Source: Entomortierella parvispora E1425 (Eukaryota; Fungi; Mortierellomycota). From it: 64,000 nucleotides of DNA. The notes under the pieces were generated by a model. It saw nothing but the letters and a program-made list of their open reading frames with translations. It ran no database searches and was not told where the DNA came from. A program made the position numbers and the translations under genes. The stretch lies in contig BQFW01000003.1 in NCBI GenBank assembly GCA_020891255.1, positions 186,001 through 250,000 on the forward strand, written 5' to 3'. Shown piece by piece: positions 50,851 through 60,364 of the stretch; position 1 is the first letter of the stretch; every line of letters begins with the position of its first letter.

Positions 50851-52545
50851 TCAAGAAGACAACGATGCAAGTGTTGATGATGATGAGGATGTCGATTCGT
50901 TCTTCTTGGGTGGGTATACTTGACGAATGTTTAGATTGATGCGGGCTTCGGACAAGTACTCTGCATAGATATCCCATTCTGGATCGTCTGACTGCGCCTG
51001 AAGATAACTTGGCAGAGTGTTCTCGATGATCCTGGGGACACCTGTGTGTAGAGAATGAGCAACTGTGAGTTTGGAGACCAGTGGCATTGCGCCGCCAGAC
51101 AAAAATTAAGGTGACACAGGTATTGTTCTTACCATGGAAGGCAGCCCGACAAGGACCAGTCATGACGAGAATATCACCACTCTGAAGGAGAACGGGAGTC
51201 GGCGCCGTTTCACGAGTGGGTCCGCCCAATAGATAAATACAAGAATGGCCAAAACTAAGGACAACAATAAAGCCGATGTAGCAATTAGTCATTGCATCCA
51301 TTCTGCGAGCCTGTAATTTCCTTGTTTTCAATACCTGAACGACACCAGAGGAGCATCCTTGTTTAACTCGCTCCGATCAACATGTCCCATTAGTCGATCC
51401 TTGAGTTGGTAATAGTTCACAACTCCTGCTTCTGCAACAAACTCTTCTGCGGGGTAATGCCAAGGCGATCCTGGTCCTGCCACACTTTCGACCGCCTCAA
51501 CTACTGCCTTGGACAGAACGCAAAGTTCCTTGGGGAAGGGCGCATTCTGATCAAAATGATACGTCTTTGAAGGCCAATGGTATTGATATCCAAGTGTGAT
51601 CCAGCGCATCTTCTTGATCAACTGCGAAGGTGGCAGAATAGGGACCTGAGATGAGGGTTCTGGGTCCGTCTTGGGTACATCCTCTGGGACAGTCGGTGTC
51701 TGATCCGTCTCTGGCACCAGAGTCCTGACAGATGGCGTCTTTGTCGCCGATTTTGCTTTTTTGGTAGGGCGTGGCTCCTTCTCAGTGGGTCTGTCTTTGT
51801 TCTTGGTACTTTGGTCGCCACTGCCATTGTCGCTGTCATCATCGTCGTCGTCTGATCCATATCCATTGGCTTGCTCGTCTGCCTTGGCTTTCCGTGGTAC
51901 AAAAGCCTCATCCTTGTCATTTTCCAGAGACAGCGATCCATTGGCGACTCTTTCATGCAAATCCCAAACTCCACAGTCGGGAACGTTGTAGTGTGTGTCG
52001 AGATTGCTTTTGTTGGGGTGACGTGAGTACTCTTTCAAACAAGCCCTGATCAACTTCCGCTGTGCCGAGGGAGAGAATCCAAATGGGATGTAGATCAGAC
52101 CTAGCAAGTTCAAAGAGGGTCAGTTTCATCGCTCACTTCCTATGCACTCTTGTTCAAATCAGGACAGGATGAAAGGGTTCACAATACCTGGATGATCCGA
52201 ATGAAAGTATGCATACTCTCTTCCATCCTCCTCGGCCTCCTTGTCCTCCAATCCCGCATCCTGTTCCCGGTCCTTGACCCCAAACAGCTCTGAAAACTCG
52301 CCCATCCGTTTCTTAAGCTGCACCTTGCGTATTTTGGGATCCTGGAGTAGCTTTTCAGATGGCTGACGAAAGTCCAAGGCAAGAGAAAAGTCTGGCTGGG
52401 GTTGACGAGAAAGAAACTGGAGCTCTGCCTCTCTGAATGGAGTACGGGTGTCGGCCCGTTTGGCTGCGGCCATCTCGCGATTCCTCTCTGCTTGCCGCTC
52501 AAGGATCTTGCGCTGGCGATTCGAGAGGGGTTGAGGATCCGGCAT
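50851..52545 (-). CDS. AlkB-family Fe(II)/2-oxoglutarate dioxygenase, ALKBH1/Abh1-like, 478 aa
   Basis: complement(join(50851..51041,51133..51254,51335..52100,52188..52545)). Motifs MRWITLGYQYHW, AEAGVVNYY, MGHVDRSE (HxD), SGDILVM, AFHGVPRI, RINLNIRQV. Confidence 0.93.
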
Positions 52546-52719
52546 GTTCAACAAAAGAGGGGAGCAATGGGAGGCAATGAATGAGGTAGGCCAGGCAATG
52601 AAGAGATTAATGCAGAGCGGAGTGAAAGAGAAAGAAAAATATATCTATTGGCTAAAAACTTCTAATAATTTATTCCTGATCCCCTTGTCTTCCTAGTCCA
52701 TTCTTCCTGTTCCTAGTTC

Positions 52720-54384
52720 CTAGTCGTATTCTTCATCATCGGTGCTAGAGTCGCTGCCAGAATCACTCTCGTCTGATATGGTAACGTCTCGAATACATTC
52801 CACCATGGACTTAAGTTTACGATTTACACGCCATTCGGCGTTGAGCTCCGTGGTGATATTCGTCAGCTTGGGCCAATGGTGCAGGATCCATCGAATGTCG
52901 TCGGGATGCATATATTGTTCAACATCTTCAAACAATAATTGCTCCATATCTTTCAATGGTGCGAGGTAATCAAGACCGGAGACAAGGTCAAACCGAAGGC
53001 CTCTCACTCCTGGATTGGGAGCTTTGTAGATCATACCCGCTACCTCGAGGTGCACGCACCCTACATCAAGGATCTTTAGCTTTGTAAGCTTGGAAAGACG
53101 CTCAAAAACGGCCACATCCCAGTCTCCCGAAGCGTCCTCATGCATCATGAAGTTGGCTGACAGATGTTCAAGTTCCAGACAGACCCAGGACATTATAGCG
53201 ATCGACTCCCGAACTTGCGTAAAACGCGCTATGATAGCACCCAATTCCTCGATATTTCCTCCATTGCCTACTTCCTCCTTTTGTGCCCTTCCTAGACTCA
53301 TTACGGCATCGAATTGGGATTGTCTTTGGCGCATCTTGTTTGCCTCGTTGCTCCTAAAAAGCTGGTGGACCTCAAAGTTGTCACAAACCATGATCCGAAG
53401 CTTTGGACAACGACAGAGGAACCATTGATACATCCAAGGTTGTGCTCCTCGATTTCTTTTGACTTCTAAATGCTCCAGCGTGTCAAAGTGTCGCTCCAAT
53501 GCACTCAAAGACCGGTACCAAAAATTCGACTCATTGAGTCTAACCGCCTTGAGTGGGCCAGAGGATGCCAACAGGATCGCAATCTGAGCGTCGGTCAGGG
53601 CGGTGTTGTCCAAGAGTGCGATTCGTTGAAGGTTTTGCCATCGGTGAGCTCCTAGGTTCCCGAAAGCGGCCCGGCTGGCGGGAGTTTCCCTCCTGTCGCT
53701 TGACCAGCTCAAATCTTCCAGATTAGGTCATTGCTTGATCCATGCGAGTTCCCTGGCGGTTGTGGGCAGTGCATTCCGTAGAGTAAGCTTCTTCAGCTGT
53801 GGGAATTGAGGGTTCGCAGTAAACGATCCAGACCACCCAGTGATTCCCTCCTCGATATGCAGCTCTTGGAGCGCAGGAGCCAGACACAGCAGCTGCGGTA
53901 CATCCTTGGCTGCCAGTTGGACATTGACCAAGGAAAGTACCTGTAGGTTCGGGTTGCATTGTGACAGAGCTTTGCCCCAAGAAAACTGGTCTTCCCGATA
54001 GTAGTCGTTTTCTTGGATCTTGAGCTTGAGCAGCTTTCGGGTCTGCTGGATTAGGGTTGCTGCCAAGAAGCGATCTTCATACTGGTTGCCACTCATAAAG
54101 TCAAGCTCCAGCTCCTTGAAGTTGCAGCACATGGGCAGGGCTGAGTATGGTGTCAGGCTGGGCTTTTGTGATAGCGTGCGGTATGTGAAATAGTGAATGT
54201 GATGTGCGTGACGAGCCAAGGCCTCGTTGGATGGCTGATGAACATTGTCGAGGACTCTCTATAGCACCGGAATGAGGACCGAGTTCCAGCTCTTGCAGGT
54301 GCGAACACTGTTGGCGAGGGCATTGTGGCCCATGAATTCACCAATCCGGCTCAGGATCTCGGGCGGCAATTTCAAAATGTCCAT
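52720..54384 (-). pseudogene. F-box/LRR paralogue (copy A). Full length (554 codons) but interrupted by in-frame TAG (54259-54261) and TGA (53728-53730).
   Basis: MDILKLPPEILSRIGEFM F-box start. The three ORF pieces are in one frame. Stops align to Tyr (LYR) and Cys (KQCPNL) in the paralogue at 55404..57098. Confidence 0.85.
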
Positions 54385-54581
54385 CGAAGGGCGGAAGAGG
54401 GATGAAGAGGGATGAAGCGAGATGAAGAGAGATGAAGGCAGGGAAAAGGGGAGAGAAGGAAAAGGGGCGCGAAAATCGCGGAGGATCAATTTCGACGGGC
54501 GCCACCAATAGCGTGACAATTTGAAATTTATTGCAGATTTGATGAGGCATAACCATTTCCTCTTGCTTGTCTTCATCTATC

Positions 54582-55403
54582 TTAGTCTCCATCTTCATCC
54601 TCGTCTCCGCTGCTACTATCCCTATTGTCCGATTCATCATCGTCGGTGTCAGACTCTGTGGATATTTCAGCGTTTCGGATAGCCGTCAACATGGATTGCA
54701 ATTCACGATTCTTGATTTTTTTTGTGTTGAGATCCTTGGTGATATTCGTCAGCTTGGGCCATTGGTCCAAGATCCATTGAACGTCCTCGCGCTCCATACG
54801 TTGCTTCACTTCTTTAAACAACAATTGCTCCAAGTCCTTCAGTGGCGCAAGTTCACTTAGACCAGATCGAAGGTTAAGCTGAAGGCCTCTCCTTCCTCCA
54901 ACAGGCAGACCCTTGTCGCCTGCCCCCACATCAAGGACCTTCAGCTTTGTAAGCCTCGAAAGATGTCGAAAAACTGCCTGATCGCAGTCTTCCCCAGCAT
55001 CGGGAGACATCATGAAGTAGCCGGAAAGTTGTTTCAACTGTAGACATACCCATGGCAAGTTAATGACGGAATCCCGTACATCAGCAAACCGCTTCACGAG
55101 AGTCGCCAACTCCTCGATATTCCCTCCATTGTCTGCCTCTATCTGCATCCTTTGCAAATCCAAGCTGTCCTCGAGTTTGGACTCACGTAGACGAGATCTC
55201 TTTGCTTTGTCACTCATTACAAAGTAGTGGGTGGGAATGAGATCACAGGAAAGCAGACGGAGTCTTGGACAACGGCAGAGGAACCAAGGATACATCCAGA
55301 GCCGGAATGAAGAGTAACAATTAAGTTCTATATGCTCCAACGTCTCAAAGTGTCGCTGAACCTCTTTAGTAAAGAGCTCGCTCTTTATTTTCCTCATGTC
55401 CAC
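54582..55403 (-). pseudogene. 5'-truncated F-box/LRR paralogue (copy B). C-terminal half only, no F-box, ORF intact (271 aa from ATG 55397).
   Basis: Homology to copy C starts at QRHFETLEHIEL (about 55365) and runs to the acidic tail. Directly abuts the stop codon of copy C, in frame. Confidence 0.75.
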
Positions 55404-57098
55404 CTACCCATCTTCATCTCCGTCTCTATCTGAATCCTCATCCCCATCTTCATCCTCGTCTCCGCGGCTGCTGGAACTATCATCCCATTCTTCGCCGTCG
55501 GTGTCAGAGTCACTCAAGATTTCCACGTCTCGGAGAACCGACACCATAGACTGCAGTTCAAGATTCTTGATCTTTTTTGTGTTGAGGCGCGTGGTGATAT
55601 TCGTCAGCTTGGGCCATTGGTCTAAGATCCATTGAACATCCTCGTGCTCCATACGTTGCTCTGTACCTTCAAACAACAGTTTCTCCAAGTCCTTCAGCGG
55701 CGCAAGTTCACTGAGACCGGATCGAAGGTTGAGCTGAAGGCTTCTCGTTCCTTCAGGCACTCCCATAAGGTAATCCTCCATGTTAAGGACTTTCAGTTTT
55801 GTAAGTGTCGAAAGGTGTCGGAAAATCGCCTCGTCCCAGTCTTTTCCAGCATTGGCAGGTATCATAAAGTTGCTATGAAGGAGTTCCAATTTTAGACATA
55901 CCCATGGAAGAGTATTGACTGAATCCCGGATACCAGCAAACCGCGTCACGAGCGCCATCAACTCCTTGATATTCCCTCCATTATCGGCCTCTGCCTGTAG
56001 CCTTTGCAAATCCAGTCTGTCTTCGTAATCAGATTGATGAAGACGCGATCTCTCTGCTTCGTGGCTCACCATAAGGTCGTGGACAGGAATTAGATCACAG
56101 AAAATCGTGCTGAGCTTTGGACTACGGCAGAGGAACCAATGACACATCCAGAGCCGTGCCGATGGGTTCCGCTTAAATTCTATAACCTCCAGCGTATCAA
56201 AGTGTCTCTCCAACGCACTCAACGACTGGTACCAAAACTCCGTACCACAGATCCCGACACTCTTGAGGGCGCTACATGATGCCAAGAGCATGGCGATTTG
56301 ATAGTCGTCCAGGGCCGTGTTCCCCCAAATTGAGATACTGCGAAGCTTTCGCCATCGGTGAGTTCCAAGGCCACTGAAAGCGACTCGGTAAGAGCCATCT
56401 TTTGTCCTGCTGCTTGACCAGCTCAGGTCCTGAAGATTGGGGCACTGCTTGATCCACTCGAGTTCGTCGGCAGTCGTAGGCAATGCATTATTTAGATCGA
56501 GCTTCCTGAGCCGAGGGAATTGTGGGTTCGCGGTAAATGATCCTGACCATTCAGTGATGCCATTTTCAATCTGCAGTTCCTGGAGCGTGGGAGCCAAAGA
56601 CAACAACTGTTGCGCATCCTTGGCTGACAATCGGATCCCGACCAAAGAAAGTTCCTGCAAAGAACGACTACAGTGCGACAGAGCTTGACTCCAGTAGCAC
56701 TGATGTTCAGGGGACCAATTGTATTCATCGATCTTGAGCTTTAGCAATTTCCGGTTCAGCAGGATCAGCACCATCGCCGAGATGCGATCTTCATTCTTGC
56801 AGCCTTCATTAAAACTGAGATCCAGCCCCTTGAGATTGCTACATCCAGGAAGACTCGAGTATGAACTTAGAGGATCTCTTTGTCTATACGACTGATAATC
56901 GAGATAGTGAATATGATGGGCATGGCGAGCCAGGGCACCAGCGGAAGGGTTTTGATAGTGGTTGAAAGATCTGTACAAGACTGGGGTCATAATCATGTTC
57001 CAGCTCTTGCAGGTACGGACAGCTTTAGTGAGGGCATCGTGGTCCAAGAAATCGCTAATAAGGCGCAAGATCTCGGGCGGTACATTCAAGATGTTCAT
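55404..57098 (-). CDS. F-box/RNI-like LRR protein (copy C), 564 aa, intronless
   Basis: MNILNVPPEILRLISDFL...VRTCKSWN F-box, LRR-like repeats, LRSGLSELAPLKDLE...QWILDQWPKL signature and acidic tail. Confidence 0.88.
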   Translation of the reverse strand: MNILNVPPEILRLISDFLDHDALTKAVRTCKSWNMIMTPVLYRSFNHYQNPSAGALARHAHHIHYLDYQSYRQRDPLSSYSSLPGCSNLKGLDLSFNEGCKNEDRISAMVLILLNRKLLKLKIDEYNWSPEHQCYWSQALSHCSRSLQELSLVGIRLSAKDAQQLLSLAPTLQELQIENGITEWSGSFTANPQFPRLRKLDLNNALPTTADELEWIKQCPNLQDLSWSSSRTKDGSYRVAFSGLGTHRWRKLRSISIWGNTALDDYQIAMLLASCSALKSVGICGTEFWYQSLSALERHFDTLEVIEFKRNPSARLWMCHWFLCRSPKLSTIFCDLIPVHDLMVSHEAERSRLHQSDYEDRLDLQRLQAEADNGGNIKELMALVTRFAGIRDSVNTLPWVCLKLELLHSNFMIPANAGKDWDEAIFRHLSTLTKLKVLNMEDYLMGVPEGTRSLQLNLRSGLSELAPLKDLEKLLFEGTEQRMEHEDVQWILDQWPKLTNITTRLNTKKIKNLELQSMVSVLRDVEILSDSDTDGEEWDDSSSSRGDEDEDGDEDSDRDGDEDG

Positions 57099-57110
57099 TA
57101 AAAAGCGAAA

Positions 57111-57168
57111 GAGAGATGGAGAGAGATGGAGAGATGGAGAAATGAAGAGAAATGGAGACAAATGGAGA
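57111..57168. repeat. Degenerate 8-10-bp repeat (GAGAGATGGA/AAATGGAGA) in the copy C leader
   Basis: Directly visible. A shorter equivalent (GATGAAGAG) lies in front of copy A at 54410-54437. Confidence 0.7.
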
Positions 57169-57187
57169 TCGCGTGCGGCGTGGGCGC

Positions 57188-57220
<33 letters not shown>

Positions 57221-57331
57221 GGACAGGAAAGACCCGAGCATTTGGGAGATCGACAGGCGCCATCCAGTTTGAGAAAATGTTCCCTTTATTGTTGCGAGGA
57301 GAAAAAGAAATTTATGTTCTGTCAGAGTGGT

Positions 57332-57670
57332 CTACTTGGAGATGTGGAAGGAGGCAGAGTCAGAGTAACTAGTGCGCACGCACGCGGAAGGGAACCGTGG
57401 CCTGCTCCTTGATCAAGTGCTTCTTCTCGACCTTGAACTTGAATCCGTCGTTCGCCAACTTGCGGGCAGAGATCGAGCCGAGATTGGCATTGAGGTCAGG
57501 CATCGCAATGTCCTTTTGGAGCAAGAACTCGACCTTTGCGTTCTCCTTGAACAAAGGTTCCGGGCACCACCAGGGAGCTTGACCTTGACATGGACATGGT
57601 CTCCAACGTGGTGGTGCTGATTGTAGTGAGGCTCGGTGATTTGGATGGCAGGGCTGGAAAGCTCGCTGAA
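57332..57670 (-). pseudogene. Orphan, frameshifted exon of a small secreted-type beta-sandwich protein, unrelated to the F-box genes
   Basis: After a polypyrimidine tract and AG, three frames stitch into PAIQITEPHYNQHHHVGDHVHVKVKLPGG / PEPLFKENAKVEFLLQKDIAMPDLNANLGSISARKLANDGFKFKVEKKHLIKEQATVPFRVRAH / SYSDSASFHISK*. Strong C/G-ending codon bias. No 5' exon found. Confidence 0.6.
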
Positions 57671-57744
57671 TCACAATGGAGAACAAAGAAAGCGACATGC
57701 AGAGAAATGTTGATCAAGAGAAAGCTATTGTGTTTTTTTCTTAT

Positions 57745-58035
57745 ATCTAGATGATGTCTTGATTTCTTCTTCCTCCTCTTCCTTGTCTTCACTGCTGCCG
57801 CTGCCGTTGGTCGATTCGCCGCTGCAGATGTCAGACCCAGACTATACAAAACCCCCAAAGACATCCGACACTACCCACTGTAGTTTGCCTTTTGGTGTTT
57901 AAATGCTTAGTGATATAGATCAACTTGGGCCAGTGGTCCACGATCCATTGTGAATCCTCGCGACACATGTTCGAAGTTCTTCAATGGTGTGAGTTCGTCT
58001 AGCCCAGATCTGATCATTTAAATCTGCCCCTACCC
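57745..58035 (-). pseudogene. Degenerate C-terminal relic of another F-box/LRR paralogue (copy D)
   Basis: Fragments translate as RSGLDELTPLKNFEH, EDSQWIVDHWPKLIYITKHLNTK and an acidic tail SGESTNGSGSSEDKEEEEEE, with indels and stops. Matches the C-termini of copies A-C. Confidence 0.75.
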
Positions 58036-58185
58036 ACGTAGTGAGCAGAAGATATCGAGGTGATAATCTATGGGAAAAAAAGTTTGCATGGGCTAGGGAT
58101 GCTTCAGGGAGCAGGAAGATCGAACATGGGGATATGAAAGCACGGTTTAATCATCACCCTGCTTCTGTGTCGCACAAAGCGACTA

Positions 58186-60207
58186 CTAGAAATCTTCTGG
58201 GATGGTCTCGCGCCGAACAGGTGTGTTTGTCAGAAAAGAACGTGTCTTCATCAAACGAGCCAGCTCCTCTTGATCAAAAGCACTTGGATCCACATCCACA
58301 CCCGGCAGAGACTCCAATTGCGGCCAATTCTCCTCCATCCACAAGATTTCACTCCGTCCAATCCTCTCAGCAAACGGTAGCATCTGCACATTCAGCCGTC
58401 GCAGCCGCTTGAGCGGACTCAGGTGTCCAAGTCCCTGTGCAAGCGTACACTCCAATGCAACATCTTTGCCTCTAATCTCATCAACGACAACAGCGTAAGA
58501 GTTGCTCCCAAGCGCAAGATCCTCCAATGCCAGAAGATGACCTAGCTTTCGGTAAATTGCTTCAAAGTAAAGAGATATCCCATGCTCATCAAGACCTCGC
58601 TCATCGATCGTGAAGTAGAGAGACAACACTTTCAGCGATCGAATGCATGGCCAATTGCAAGTCCCTAGCACGGAGAGAACATTAGGGTCCGGTCCACAAA
58701 CAATCTTGTCGCCATTCTTATCCGAGTGTCCGCTCTGCAGGAACGCGACCCAATCAACTGCTGGCTTGTGAAAGTCGTTAATGTTCGGGATGGGCTCTGT
58801 GGTTATCAGTGTGGTCAGTCGAGGGCACTGCTCTAACAGCCTCAGAATCTCCTCGCTGTTGAAGCTCTCACCGGATCCAGCCAGCGATATCCTCTCCAAC
58901 GTCGAGTAGTGCCCAGACATGGCTCTTTTGAAAAGGGGCCCATGCCTGGTGTACATGTTGAGGGTAATCGAGCGCAGCCCTTCTTTTGATCTTGAGCCAT
59001 GTTGATTTGAGATCGTGGTTATCTTGGACTGTTGCTGTGATCGTGGAAGGAGACTGTCAAGAATAGCTGCAAACTGTTGATCGCTTGCAATGGCCTCTGT
59101 AAAATCCAGATGCTGGAGTTCAGGACATGACTCTGCGAGGACATCAATAAAAGCATCCATTTCATATCTGGAAACAAACGGTGGGTTGAACGAGGTCAGG
59201 TTTGGACAATGGCGGAGAATCTCGAATAATATCCAGGTCGGATGCGACTCGCACGTCTGAGAAAGGCTCAGCCTTGTCAGCTTCGTCTTGACGGCCATGT
59301 TCTCCAGCAGAGATCGGACGGTTGGCCATGACTCGCTTTGAAAATCATTGACAGGTGCAGACCCATTTCTCCGATGTAGCTTCCTTATTTCCCCTTGGTA
59401 GAAGGCCCAGTGATGCTCAAAATCGACCGTCCTTTCCAGCCGCAGCGTCTCATCCGACAACCAGACTTTTAATGATAGCTCTTGAAGCCGAGCAGGTAGA
59501 TGAAGGACCACATTCACCACATCCTCCATCGGCATGGCCGCCAGCATTAGAATCTCCAGGTTCTCCAGAAGAGACAGCACTTCGATCATACGTACGGAAA
59601 AGGCTCGTGAGTTTCCGCTGCTGTTGCGATAACCCTCCAATTGTAACTTTTGTAGCGTCAGGCAGCTCTCCTCCGCCAACTTCAGAGCCAGGTTTCCGCT
59701 AAAGTACATTCGATAATTGAGCCGTAAAAAATGCCCTTGGTCTGTGTGCTCCTCGTCCCCATCATGTTCATACTCTTCAAAATCCTCAAAATCATCCCAG
59801 TGCATGTTGAGGGAAACATCCTCGGGTCGTAGGCATCCCAATTGGCTGATTGTCACCAGTCGGCTACAACGGATTGCGTCGTCTCCTAAAAGGTCGAAAA
59901 ATCGTTCGCCATCTAGGTGGATGACAACCTGACGAGCAAAACCGGCACCATATTCGGTCAAGGCAGCTACCGTCTCTGGCAATGGAGAGAGGGGGAAGTG
60001 ATTGCCAGCGCAATGGCCACGTCTGTTGATATCGTTGTCCAGCGTCTTCCATCGGTGTGCTAGGAAGGCCGGGTAGAAAGCCCTAGACGTCAAAAGAGCG
60101 TTGCAGATGTGTCGGGGCTCGAGCTGTTGGCAGATGAGGTCGACGAGCAACGGAATGGAAATGACCCGGACAGCCGGCGAGTCTAATGGAACCTGAGCTG
60201 AGGACAT
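58186..60207 (-). CDS. Divergent F-box-like/LRR protein (copy E), 673 aa, intronless
   Basis: N-terminal VISIPLLVDLICQQL...W F-box-like helix, RNI-like repeats (LRHCPNLTSF, LEQCPRLTTL) and the same C-terminal signature GLGHLSPLKRL...WMEENWPQL. Confidence 0.85.
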   Translation of the reverse strand: MSSAQVPLDSPAVRVISIPLLVDLICQQLEPRHICNALLTSRAFYPAFLAHRWKTLDNDINRRGHCAGNHFPLSPLPETVAALTEYGAGFARQVVIHLDGERFFDLLGDDAIRCSRLVTISQLGCLRPEDVSLNMHWDDFEDFEEYEHDGDEEHTDQGHFLRLNYRMYFSGNLALKLAEESCLTLQKLQLEGYRNSSGNSRAFSVRMIEVLSLLENLEILMLAAMPMEDVVNVVLHLPARLQELSLKVWLSDETLRLERTVDFEHHWAFYQGEIRKLHRRNGSAPVNDFQSESWPTVRSLLENMAVKTKLTRLSLSQTCESHPTWILFEILRHCPNLTSFNPPFVSRYEMDAFIDVLAESCPELQHLDFTEAIASDQQFAAILDSLLPRSQQQSKITTISNQHGSRSKEGLRSITLNMYTRHGPLFKRAMSGHYSTLERISLAGSGESFNSEEILRLLEQCPRLTTLITTEPIPNINDFHKPAVDWVAFLQSGHSDKNGDKIVCGPDPNVLSVLGTCNWPCIRSLKVLSLYFTIDERGLDEHGISLYFEAIYRKLGHLLALEDLALGSNSYAVVVDEIRGKDVALECTLAQGLGHLSPLKRLRRLNVQMLPFAERIGRSEILWMEENWPQLESLPGVDVDPSAFDQEELARLMKTRSFLTNTPVRRETIPEDF

Positions 60208-60364
60208 GCTTTGTCAATGAGGAAAGGATGGACAGGATGAAGGATGGAGAGCCCCTGGAAAAACATGTGGATTTTTCAATTCTTGCACAGACCTTGGCCT
60301 TCTGGCGCGTGCTTCCTTTTTCTACGGTGAATGATTTTCTTTAAATGGGAGCTGTTCTCATTTT

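Noticed and set aside
57099-57263. In-frame N-terminal extension of copy C (MAPVDLPN...KKKKKKKKK...)
   Set aside because: It is made of an A29 run and a CT-rich repeat typical of promoter or UTR. The paralogues start at the position equivalent to ATG 57098.
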